From Candidatus Doudnabacteria bacterium (GTDB lineage Bacteria; Patescibacteriota; Doudnabacteria; UBA920): a stretch of DNA of 64,000 bases. The notes beneath the pieces were generated by a model, which was not told the origin of the DNA, ran no database searches, and worked only from the letters and a program-made list of their open reading frames with translations. The translations under genes and the position numbers were made by a program. The stretch covers positions 75,915 through 139,914 of the forward strand of contig CAWINB010000001.1 in NCBI GenBank assembly GCA_963837465.1, written 5' to 3'. Shown piece by piece: positions 37,194 to 46,171 of this stretch; positions within the stretch are counted from its first letter, which is position 1, and every line of letters starts with the position of its first letter.

Positions 37194-37637
37194 ATGAAAA
37201 TTGTTCTAGATACCAATGTCCTAATAAACGGGTTTAAAGATGAGTATTCTTACGAAAAAAAGATTATAGGTGCCGTGATTTCGGGCGAAATAGAAGCTTA
37301 TGCCAACAGGCAGACTTTGCGGGAAAATAAATTAATCGCAGGACAGTTAATTGACAACGACGACTACAGGCACGACCTGGATAGTTTGTTCGCCCAAATA
37401 AACTGGGTGGTTAACCGGCGGCAAATCCGGGTGGTCAGCGATCCCGAAGACAATAAAATCCTGGAAAGCGCCGTGGAAGCGAAAGCGGATTTTTTAGTCA
37501 CCAGCGACAACGATTTACTGCAACTTGATAACTATCAACAAGTCCAAATAGTCAATCCAAGCCAATTTTGGCTAAAGCATAAAGACGACGGTATGGATTT
37601 GTGGAAACAGTGGGCCAGCTTTATCAGTAAAAAATAG
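37194..37637 (+). CDS. PIN-domain protein (putative toxin/RNase)
   Basis: IVLDTNVLI ... ADFLVTSDNDLL acidic PIN motifs. 147 aa. Confidence 0.7.
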   Translation: MKIVLDTNVLINGFKDEYSYEKKIIGAVISGEIEAYANRQTLRENKLIAGQLIDNDDYRHDLDSLFAQINWVVNRRQIRVVSDPEDNKILESAVEAKADFLVTSDNDLLQLDNYQQVQIVNPSQFWLKHKDDGMDLWKQWASFISKK

Positions 37638-37642
37638 CACGG

Positions 37643-40600
37643 ATGGAAAAACTGCTGGACAATCTCAATAAAGAACAGCTTTCCGCGGTTACCCATAGGG
37701 ACGGGCCGCTTTTGATAGTGGCGGGAGCCGGGACGGGAAAGACCACGGTTATTACCCGGCGGATAGCTTATTTAATAGAACAGGGATTGGCCAAGCCCGA
37801 TGAAATTTTGGCGCTAACGTTTACGGACAAAGCCGCCGGGGAAATGCAGGACAGGCTGGCGCAGTTGTTGCCTCTGGGCTATTACGATATGTGGATTTCC
37901 ACGTTCCACAGCTTTTGCCAGCGAATTTTGGAACAGCACGGGCTGGATATCGGCCTGCCCGGGGACTTTAAACTGCTCAATAAGGCGGGCGCCTGGATAT
38001 TAATTTACAATAATTTGCAGAAATTTAATTTAAATTACTACAAACCGCTGGGCAACCCCAATAAATTTATTTCCGCTTTGCTTAAGCATTTTAGCCGGTG
38101 CAAAGACGAGCTGATAACTCCGGAGGCCTATTTGGAGTACGCGCGGGAACTGAAGCTGTCTACAGATGTAGCCGAAGGTGTAGGGGCTGGCTTTAGCCGC
38201 CCGCCTCCTGATGACGGGCCGCGCGGATCTTCTTTACGGGGCGGGCAGGCAAGCCCAGCCCCCGCGGATCCCAATATGGATCCAGCCGAAACACTTCGAA
38301 TAGAAGAAATTGCCAACGCTTTCCATATTTACGAAAAACTCCTGCTGGACGGCAACTTTTTGGACTTTGCCAACCTGATTAATTACACAATAAAACTTTT
38401 TGAAAAACGCCCGCAAATTTTAAAACACTACCGGGAAAAGTTTAAATATATTATGGTGGATGAGTTTCAGGATACCAATTTGGCGCAGTACGAGCTGATT
38501 AAAATGGTTGCCGGCGGCGGATTACGCAGCGTTCCCGCTTACGGGGCGTCCCCGGATGCCGATAAATCCGCGCGCCACACCCCATCTGCCAACCTCGTAG
38601 TCGTGGGCGACGACGACCAATCCATTTACAAATTCCGCGGCGCGTCCGTTTCCAATATTTTAAAATTCCAGGAGGACTACAGCCCACTCAAACAAACCAG
38701 TTTGGTGGAAAATTACAGAAGCGGCCAGGAAATTTTGGATTTGGCTTATGACTTTATCCAGTCCAACAATCCCGAGAGGCTGGAAGTTAAGTTAAAAATC
38801 AATAAAAGACTTAAAAGCCAAACGAAGGAAAAATCTGTTATTGAGGTTTTGGAAGGCAAGGATTTGGTTGAGGAACTTAATTTTGTCGCCAAAAAAATTA
38901 CGGAACTGAAATTGCAAAGCCAAAAAAGCACCTGGAACGATTTTGCCGTTTTAATAAGAAGCAATTCCGCGGCCCGCGAACTGTTGCCGGTCCTGGAAAA
39001 GCACGGCATCCCGCACACGTTTGTGGCCAATACAGGACTCTACAACAAGCCTTTTATTTCATTGCTGATTGCTTATTTGGAATGTCTGGACAATTTTCAC
39101 GACTCTTTTGCCTTGTATCGCGTGCTTTCGTTTGGCGAATTTAATATGCCGCCGGAGGACTTGGCGCAGGTTCTGGCCAATTCCGAAAGAAAAACCTTGT
39201 CTTTATACGAAATGCTCGGCAAAGCCGAAACTTTGCCGCAAATAGGGGGGAAGTCGCAAAAAATAATTCAAAATATTATTTTGCTTTTAAACCGGCACGC
39301 CGCGGTGGCCAGAGAAAAAGCGGCTAATGAAGTCTTTATCCAGATTATCCGTGATTTAAAACTCGACCAATGGCTGGAGGAGGATAATTCGCAAAACGCG
39401 GAAAACCGCGAGCTTTTGGAGCAGTTTTATAAAAAAATTGAAACTTTTGTGGCGGAGAATGTCGATAAAAGCCTGCATAATTTTTCGCATCTGCTCAATT
39501 TGGAAATAGAAGCCGGTGACGAAGGGCAGATTAAATTTGACCCGAACTTAGGCCCCCAAAGCCTTAAAATCCTTACCGTGCATTCGGCCAAGGGCTTGGA
39601 ATTTGAATATGTTTTTATACCCAACATGGTTGACCAGCGCTTTCCCACGCGGGCGCGCGGCGAACAAATAGAAATTCCGGCGCCGCTTATAAAAGATATC
39701 CTGCCGGAAGGGGATTTCCATCTCCAGGAGGAGAGGCGGCTGTTTTACGTGGCCGTAACCCGGGCAAAATCCCATTTATACTTGTCCTGGAGCAAGGATT
39801 ACGGCGGCGCCAAAACCAAAAAGCCTTCGCTGTTTTTGCAGGAGACCAAACTGGTGCCCGGGGAACATACTTCCCGGGCCACGGGAAAAGTATTTTTTCG
39901 GGGCAGCTCGAAAAATCAGGTGGTTTACAAATTTTTACCCGCGACTTTTTCTTTTTCCGCTCTCAAAGCTTTTGAAAACTGCCCGTTCCAATACAAATAC
40001 CAGTACTACCTAAAATTGCCCTGCCCCGGCAGCGCTTATTTCAGCTTTGGCCAGACAATGCATAAAACCTTTGAGTTGTATTTGAAAGATTACGCGGCCA
40101 GAAAAAGCCAGAGCCAGCGGGATTTATTCGCCAAGACATCCGCCCAAGCCGAGCCGGGCGATTTTAAATTTTTGGAAAAACTTTACCAGGACAGCTGGGT
40201 GGATGAGTGGTATAAAGATAAAAAGCAAAAAGAAGATTACCGCGAAAGAGGCCGCCGGCTTTTAAAGATTTTTTACGAAATTTCGCGAAAAAACCCGCCG
40301 AGCCCCAAATACCTGGAAAAGTCTTTTTACCTGCCTCTGGGGAAATATAAATTTACCGGCAAAATAGACAGAGCGGATTTTGTAAACGGCGCCCTGGAAA
40401 TCATTGATTACAAAACCAGCGAAAAAATACCGAAGCAAAATGACAAGGACGGACTGGACCAGTTGTATGTTTATCAGTGGGCGGCCCAGGAATTTTTGGG
40501 GGAAAAAGTTTCTGCCCTAAAGTACTGGTATTTGAACGAGGATAAGTTTCTGCCGGAAAAAATCGCGTCGGACCCGGAAATCCGGGAATTAAAGCAAAGG

Positions 40601-40735
40601 CTTTTAAAAAGCATTGAAAATATCGCGGAAACCATCAAATACGACCGTTTCGCCCAAGCGCACGAAAATACCAGGGAACACCAATGCCAATTTGAACATT
40701 GGGAAATCCATGGTTTGAATTTAAAAATAAACTAA
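37643..40735 (+). CDS. UvrD/PcrA-family SF1 helicase with C-terminal RecB-like PD-(D/E)xK nuclease domain (AddA-like)
   Basis: Walker A GAGTGKTT, DEFQDT, VVGDDDQSIY and the helicase C-domain. C-terminal CPFQYKYQYY and IIDYKTS nuclease motifs. In-frame GC-rich palindromic insert at 38180-38263. Confidence 0.85.
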   Translation: MEKLLDNLNKEQLSAVTHRDGPLLIVAGAGTGKTTVITRRIAYLIEQGLAKPDEILALTFTDKAAGEMQDRLAQLLPLGYYDMWISTFHSFCQRILEQHGLDIGLPGDFKLLNKAGAWILIYNNLQKFNLNYYKPLGNPNKFISALLKHFSRCKDELITPEAYLEYARELKLSTDVAEGVGAGFSRPPPDDGPRGSSLRGGQASPAPADPNMDPAETLRIEEIANAFHIYEKLLLDGNFLDFANLINYTIKLFEKRPQILKHYREKFKYIMVDEFQDTNLAQYELIKMVAGGGLRSVPAYGASPDADKSARHTPSANLVVVGDDDQSIYKFRGASVSNILKFQEDYSPLKQTSLVENYRSGQEILDLAYDFIQSNNPERLEVKLKINKRLKSQTKEKSVIEVLEGKDLVEELNFVAKKITELKLQSQKSTWNDFAVLIRSNSAARELLPVLEKHGIPHTFVANTGLYNKPFISLLIAYLECLDNFHDSFALYRVLSFGEFNMPPEDLAQVLANSERKTLSLYEMLGKAETLPQIGGKSQKIIQNIILLLNRHAAVAREKAANEVFIQIIRDLKLDQWLEEDNSQNAENRELLEQFYKKIETFVAENVDKSLHNFSHLLNLEIEAGDEGQIKFDPNLGPQSLKILTVHSAKGLEFEYVFIPNMVDQRFPTRARGEQIEIPAPLIKDILPEGDFHLQEERRLFYVAVTRAKSHLYLSWSKDYGGAKTKKPSLFLQETKLVPGEHTSRATGKVFFRGSSKNQVVYKFLPATFSFSALKAFENCPFQYKYQYYLKLPCPGSAYFSFGQTMHKTFELYLKDYAARKSQSQRDLFAKTSAQAEPGDFKFLEKLYQDSWVDEWYKDKKQKEDYRERGRRLLKIFYEISRKNPPSPKYLEKSFYLPLGKYKFTGKIDRADFVNGALEIIDYKTSEKIPKQNDKDGLDQLYVYQWAAQEFLGEKVSALKYWYLNEDKFLPEKIASDPEIRELKQRLLKSIENIAETIKYDRFAQAHENTREHQCQFEHWEIHGLNLKIN
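38180..38263. repeat. GC-rich palindromic element (RPE-like) inserted in-frame in the helicase gene
   Basis: Left arm GTAGGGGCTGGCTTTAGCCGCCCG is identical to 14374-14397. Right arm is GGCGGGCAGGCAAGCCCAGCCCCC. Encodes VGAGFSRP...ASPAPA between helicase motifs. Confidence 0.7.
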
Positions 40736-40763
40736 ATTTGTGTTATAATATATTGTAATAAAG

Positions 40764-41138
40764 ATGTCTTCAAACCCAAAAGGCCAGGTATCTTTAATAG
40801 TTTTTAGCACAGTATTGGCGGGGTTTTCGCTTGCCTCTATAATTACTTTTACCAGTCCCGTGGGAGCTTCAACCGTTACCCTAGGTTTTTTTTACGCCAG
40901 TTTGTTTTTGCTGGCCCTGGGAATTTTTACCCTTTTGGGATTGGCCTTAAGGCAGCTGTTGATGCCGGGGCGTTACGTAATTAACCTCGGTAACAGTTTC
41001 AGACAGGCATTTCTTTTGGCAGTTTTAATGTCCGTATCCTTTTTTTTGCTATCCCAGCGTCTGCTGTTTTGGTGGGTTGAGTTTAGCCTGATATTATTCT
41101 TCGCTGCCGTGGAAGGATTTTTAAATTTAAAAATATGA
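40764..41138 (+). CDS. small hypothetical membrane protein
   Basis: 124 aa, four hydrophobic helices. 4-nt overlap with pheS. Confidence 0.4.
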   Translation: MSSNPKGQVSLIVFSTVLAGFSLASIITFTSPVGASTVTLGFFYASLFLLALGIFTLLGLALRQLLMPGRYVINLGNSFRQAFLLAVLMSVSFFLLSQRLLFWWVEFSLILFFAAVEGFLNLKI

Positions 41139-42151
41139 CCGGGATTCAGGATATAAAAATACAGTTTGAAGCCGATACAAAAGGCGATTTTGATGTTGAG
41201 CAGGTAAAAAATAAATTTTTAAGCCGGAAACGCGGCCTTATTACCCAAGCCTTTGAGCAGCTTGCCGATCTGGATCTGGAAAGCAAAAAAAAGATCGGCC
41301 GGGAATTAAACGAGCTCAAAATTGAGGTTGAAGCCAAAATAGCTTCTCCTGGCGGCAAACGAAGGCCCCAGGCCGGATCTCTTGATGTTACCCTGCCGCC
41401 GCTGAATAATTTCCGCGGGCGCCTGCATCCGATAACCCAGACGGAAAAACAGCTGGAAGATATATTTAAATCAATCGGGTTCGGCGTTCGGCCGCTGCCT
41501 GAAATAGAAACCGATTGGTATAATTTTGAGGCCTTAAACATGCCCAAATTCCATCCGGCCAGGGATACGCAGGATACTTTTTACGTCAACAAGGCTTCTT
41601 TGGCAAATCCGCCCAAGGAAGAAGTGGTCTTAAGGACGCATATATCAACCGTACAGAGCAGGACCCTGGAAACTTGTCAGCCACCCTTTGCCCAGATATC
41701 TTACGGAAGAGTCTACAGGAACGAGGCTACCGACGCTTCCCACGAGCATACATATAATGAAATCGAGGGTATTGTGGTCGGTAAGGACGTAAGGTTTTCC
41801 AGTATGGTGTGGACGCTTGATTTTGTTCTAAAGAAATTTTTCGGCGGGGAGATTAAAACCCGGCTGGTACCGTCTTATTTCCCGTTTACCGAGCCCAGCG
41901 CTGAAATGGCCATCTCCTGCCTCAACTGCATGGGCAAGGGCTGCCCTGTTTGTAAAAAAACCGGCTGGGTGGAACTTTTGGGCTGTGGGATGACCCATCA
42001 AAATGTTTATGCCAATCTTGGTTATAAAAAGGGCGAGCTGCAGGGCTTCGCGTTTGGCATGGGCACCAGCAGGCTGGCGCTGATGAAATACAAAATACCC
42101 GACATCCGCTTATTTAATGAAAACAACCTGCAATTTTTAAACCAGTTTTAG
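41135..42151 (+). CDS. pheS: phenylalanyl-tRNA synthetase alpha subunit
   Basis: Class II core motifs: FHPARDTQDTFY, GRVYRNE, GFAFGMG. Confidence 0.9.
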   Translation: MTGIQDIKIQFEADTKGDFDVEQVKNKFLSRKRGLITQAFEQLADLDLESKKKIGRELNELKIEVEAKIASPGGKRRPQAGSLDVTLPPLNNFRGRLHPITQTEKQLEDIFKSIGFGVRPLPEIETDWYNFEALNMPKFHPARDTQDTFYVNKASLANPPKEEVVLRTHISTVQSRTLETCQPPFAQISYGRVYRNEATDASHEHTYNEIEGIVVGKDVRFSSMVWTLDFVLKKFFGGEIKTRLVPSYFPFTEPSAEMAISCLNCMGKGCPVCKKTGWVELLGCGMTHQNVYANLGYKKGELQGFAFGMGTSRLALMKYKIPDIRLFNENNLQFLNQF

Positions 42152-42172
42152 CCAAGCCAGGAAAATTCCATT

Positions 42173-43669
42173 ATGGATGAACAAACCCAACCAGAATCTC
42201 CCACCCAACAGCCGAGCTCTCCCCGGCAGGATTACGTTTTTTTTAACGTCATGCCCAAAGTTAAGTCGGCGGAGCTTGTCCAGCCTTTAATTAAAGTGGA
42301 ACAAGCTGTTGACTCTTCCCCGGGCGCTCCCGAAAGCAAATTTAAGGAGAGCTTAAAAAAATACAAATGGTACTTTATTATAGGGGCAGTTGTTCTTGTC
42401 GGCGGAGCCCTTACTTACTTTGCGATACTTAAATTCGGGGTTCAGTCTTATAAAACCAGCGGCCTCCTGCCGCCAGTTCCCGCGCGCTCCCTGGTTAAGT
42501 CGGCCAGCGGCACGGCCCAGAGCGCGGCGGCGCTCGGCGCTGATTTTACCACGCCCCAAGCCTGGCGCGACAAATATTTTCCCGGCTGCGCCGATCCCAG
42601 CATTTGCGGCGACAACGCCGATCCGGACCATGATGGCTTAACCAACCTTGAAGAATACAAGCTGGGTACGGATCCCAACAATCCCGACTCAGATCAGGAT
42701 GGCATAGCGGACGGCGATGAGGTCCATGTGTTTGGCAGCAACCCCTTAAACTCGCGTACCTCGGGCAATCCAAAATATTCGGACAGCGACTATATTAAAG
42801 GCAGTTACAATATCATAAGCGGCAAAAAAATGAACGCCGCCGACATTGCGGCCATAACCGCCAAAATGAAAACTTTTGGCCTGCACCAGCCGACGCTGAC
42901 AACTTTAGGCGACATTTTAAACACCGTTTATAACTTCAGTCCGCCTTCGGGCTCAGGATTGCCCGCGCCGCCCCCAATTCAGGGAGCGACATCCACAGCC
43001 AGCTCAACGGCTACGTCGACCGCTTTAAGCGGCGGCAGTGTAGATGAGTCGGTTGAAGCCAAGCAGTCCCGCGACGCGCGAAGGTCCGATACCATACAAA
43101 ATATAGAAATAGCCCTGGTCCAATATCAAAGCGCCAATAACAGCTATCCGGCTACAAACGATTTTAATACCATGGTCGGCGAGGTTAAACCTTATCTGAA
43201 AATAGCCACCGATTCCACGGATCCCATTAACCAGCCTCCGTACGTTTATTCCTATGTTTCCAATGCCAGTTCCTCGGACTTCGCGCTGTCTTTTTACAGC
43301 GAAGTCGCGGCTCAGATTATAACCAAGAACGCGGCCGATGCCCAAAAAGACGCGGCCGCCGCGCAGGCGGCAGTCTATGACAACCAAAGGGAGATGGATC
43401 TGCAAAGTCTGCGCCAGGCTTTATTGCTTTATTCCGACAATAATGTAGCCGGCGGACAGACCTATGTTTTCCCTTCGGCTGCCAACTATCAAACCGCCCT
43501 GGTTCCCAATTATATAGAGTCCATTCCCAAAGACCCGAAGACCGGCTCCGATTATGCCTACAATGTCTCCTCCACTTTTAATACGTTTACCTTAAAATCT
43601 GTGCTTGATGACCCTCCGCCAGGCGCTGCCGGCTATACGTGCGACCAGGACGGGTGCCAAAATTATTAA
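42173..43669 (+). CDS. membrane-anchored protein with Asp-rich Ca-binding-like repeats and pilin-like C-terminal repeats
   Basis: TM helix. DPDHDGLTNLEEYKLGTDPNNPDSDQDGIADGDE is thrombospondin-type-3-like. Two C-terminal repeats resemble pseudopilin domains. Confidence 0.45.
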   Translation: MDEQTQPESPTQQPSSPRQDYVFFNVMPKVKSAELVQPLIKVEQAVDSSPGAPESKFKESLKKYKWYFIIGAVVLVGGALTYFAILKFGVQSYKTSGLLPPVPARSLVKSASGTAQSAAALGADFTTPQAWRDKYFPGCADPSICGDNADPDHDGLTNLEEYKLGTDPNNPDSDQDGIADGDEVHVFGSNPLNSRTSGNPKYSDSDYIKGSYNIISGKKMNAADIAAITAKMKTFGLHQPTLTTLGDILNTVYNFSPPSGSGLPAPPPIQGATSTASSTATSTALSGGSVDESVEAKQSRDARRSDTIQNIEIALVQYQSANNSYPATNDFNTMVGEVKPYLKIATDSTDPINQPPYVYSYVSNASSSDFALSFYSEVAAQIITKNAADAQKDAAAAQAAVYDNQREMDLQSLRQALLLYSDNNVAGGQTYVFPSAANYQTALVPNYIESIPKDPKTGSDYAYNVSSTFNTFTLKSVLDDPPPGAAGYTCDQDGCQNY

Positions 43670-43708
43670 AAGGTTAGAAGTGACCAGCCGATTAGTCCCA
43701 TTCTTTCC

Positions 43709-46141
43709 ATGAAATTTTCCCTGAACCTTTTAAAACAGTTTGTAAAAATTGATATGGAGCCGGAAAAACTCGGACAGCTTTTAACCGAGAAGGCTTTTGA
43801 AGTGGAAGAAGTAACCGCGGTTGGCGGCGGGGATTTTGGAAATATTACGGCTGCGAAAGTTTTGGAAGTTGCCAAGCACCCCAACGCCGACAGGCTCAGG
43901 GTTATTAAACTTGATGTCGGCGGGGGGAAGATTGTTTATCCGGTCGTCTGCGGAGCTTTTAATTTTGGCCCTGGAGACATAGTGGCTCTGGCGCTGCCCG
44001 GCGCCAAAATCGCCCAAAATATCCACTCCAAAAGCCGCGAAAGTTTTATTCTGCGAAAAGCCACTATAAGGGGCGTGGAAAGCCAGGGAATGATTTGCGC
44101 CGCTTTTGAACTTGGTTTGGAAAATCAGCCGGGGGAGGGAATTATGCTGCTGAAAAAATCCGTAGCGGCCGGCGCGGCCCTTGCCGAAGCCCTTGATACC
44201 GGCAGCCGGGACCGCGTGCTGAACATCTCTCTGCCGGCCAACAGGAGCGATTTATATTCCCATTTGGGAGTGGGGAGGGAAGTGGCGGCGGTGACCGGGG
44301 CAAAGTTAAAAGTTGAAAATAAAAAGTTGAAGCTTCCCAAAACGTCCGAAAATTTTAAAATTATTGTCAGGAGCAAACAACTCTGCCCAAGGTATTATGG
44401 CGTAAGGATGTCGGTAAAAATTGGGCCGAGCCCCGGGTTTATCCAGGACGTTCTTTCGGCTGTGGGCATGAGGCCGATTAACAATGTCGTGGATGTAACC
44501 AATTACGTAATGATGGAATTGGGCAACCCCACCCACGCCTTTGACGCTAAATTCGTTAAGGGGGATATTGTGGTCAAGACCGCCGCTGAGAGTGAAAAAT
44601 TTTTGGCTTTAAACCATAAAGAATATAAGCTAAGCTCTGATGATTTGGTCATTGCCGACAGCGAGAAAACTTTGGGCCTGGCCGGAATTATCGGCGGCAA
44701 GGAAAGCGAAATCAGCGAAACTACGGCTGAAATAATTTTGGAAGTGGCCAATTTCCAGGCACAGGGGATTAGAAAAACTTCCAAGAGGCTTGACATAAAC
44801 ACGGAAGGCGGCAGAATGTGGGAAAAAGGAATTCATCCCAGACTTGCCGAGCTTGCGCTTGCCCGCTGTCTTGAGCTGCTGCAAAAATATGCCGGCGCTG
44901 ATGTTTTGGAATTCGCCAAGTTTGAATCGCCGGTAAAACCCGCGGCCGCGATAAAATTCAGCGCCTCCGACATCAACAACCTCCTTGGGACGGGATTTAG
45001 CGCCAAAGAAATTCAAAAATATTTGCTGCGTTACGGAATTATCTCCAAAATTGTAAATTCTAAATCCGGAGTTTTAAACAGCGCTCCTCCCTGGTGGCGG
45101 ACCGATGTCGGCACGGTTCCCGATTTGGCCGAAGAAGTCCTGAAGCTTTACGGGTACAACAAGGTCAGGCCGGCGGCTTTGGCAATAACAGGATCATCAA
45201 TCAAGCCGGCAAATCCGGAAGACGGAGTTTACGAAACAAAAAACTTTTTCGCGCTGCTTGGTTACGCCGAGGTCCAGAATTATAATTTTGTTTCCCAAAA
45301 GGATATTGCCGCTTTTGGCGCCGGCATTAAAGATCATGTGGAAATCCGGAACCCGCTTTCCGAAGACCAGCGCTATTTAAAAAAATACCCGCTGATTTCG
45401 ATCTTAAAAAATATTGAGCTTAACCAAAAGCATTTTAGCGGCTTTAAAATTTTTGAAGCGGGAAAACAATATTTTGATTTTGGGAAAGAACCCCGAGTTT
45501 TACTGGCTGCCAGCTTTAGTAAGCTGGAGGCCGCTGAAAAACTTTTAATGAAAATCAAGGGCGACGTTTTGGAATATCTTAAGTCTTTGGGCATTAACGA
45601 TGTCCAATTCAAAACGGACGAAAACCCCGCCCGGCTGAGTTTAATAACAGGGGGTGTTTATGCCGGTGGAATTGGTTACGCCAGCGAAGAGCTGAAAAAA
45701 AACTTTGGGGTAGAGGGTCAGGTTGTTTTTGCGGAACTGGAGCTGGAACAAATTCTGCCTTTAAAAAAGGCCGTGGTTTATGAACCAATCAGTAAGTTGC
45801 CAAGTGTTGAGAGGGATATTTCCATGGTAGTCGACGAAAAAGTTAAATGGTCAGACATCGGAGTTGCGGTCAGCCCATTTATGGGCTCATTAAAAGCGAA
45901 AACTGATGATAAGTCCGGCGGTTATAACCTTGAGTTATCCCTTTTTGAGGCCCCATTTTTGGCCCACGACAAAGAGACGTTAAAATTCCATCAGGAACTG
46001 GCTAAACAGGGCAAAAAGAATTTAGGCATAAGGCTTTTATTTAAGCCAATAAACCGCACCATGACAGACCAGGAAATTGCTGGAATTTTAGACCAAATTG
46101 TGCTAAAATTACAGCAGGAAATAAAGGCAGAAATTCGCTAA
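43709..46141 (+). CDS. pheT: phenylalanyl-tRNA synthetase beta subunit
   Basis: N-terminal tRNA-binding domain (KHPNADRLRV), B3/4 and B5 domains. 810 aa. Confidence 0.9.
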   Translation: MKFSLNLLKQFVKIDMEPEKLGQLLTEKAFEVEEVTAVGGGDFGNITAAKVLEVAKHPNADRLRVIKLDVGGGKIVYPVVCGAFNFGPGDIVALALPGAKIAQNIHSKSRESFILRKATIRGVESQGMICAAFELGLENQPGEGIMLLKKSVAAGAALAEALDTGSRDRVLNISLPANRSDLYSHLGVGREVAAVTGAKLKVENKKLKLPKTSENFKIIVRSKQLCPRYYGVRMSVKIGPSPGFIQDVLSAVGMRPINNVVDVTNYVMMELGNPTHAFDAKFVKGDIVVKTAAESEKFLALNHKEYKLSSDDLVIADSEKTLGLAGIIGGKESEISETTAEIILEVANFQAQGIRKTSKRLDINTEGGRMWEKGIHPRLAELALARCLELLQKYAGADVLEFAKFESPVKPAAAIKFSASDINNLLGTGFSAKEIQKYLLRYGIISKIVNSKSGVLNSAPPWWRTDVGTVPDLAEEVLKLYGYNKVRPAALAITGSSIKPANPEDGVYETKNFFALLGYAEVQNYNFVSQKDIAAFGAGIKDHVEIRNPLSEDQRYLKKYPLISILKNIELNQKHFSGFKIFEAGKQYFDFGKEPRVLLAASFSKLEAAEKLLMKIKGDVLEYLKSLGINDVQFKTDENPARLSLITGGVYAGGIGYASEELKKNFGVEGQVVFAELELEQILPLKKAVVYEPISKLPSVERDISMVVDEKVKWSDIGVAVSPFMGSLKAKTDDKSGGYNLELSLFEAPFLAHDKETLKFHQELAKQGKKNLGIRLLFKPINRTMTDQEIAGILDQIVLKLQQEIKAEIR

Positions 46142-46171
46142 ATTATAAGTAAAATCGACCTTAAAATAACC

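Noticed and set aside
32459-40735. Classical tRNA-integrated genomic island with att direct repeat
   Set aside because: No repeat of the tRNA-Gln 3' end and no integrase were found. The islet idea is kept only as a compositional observation.
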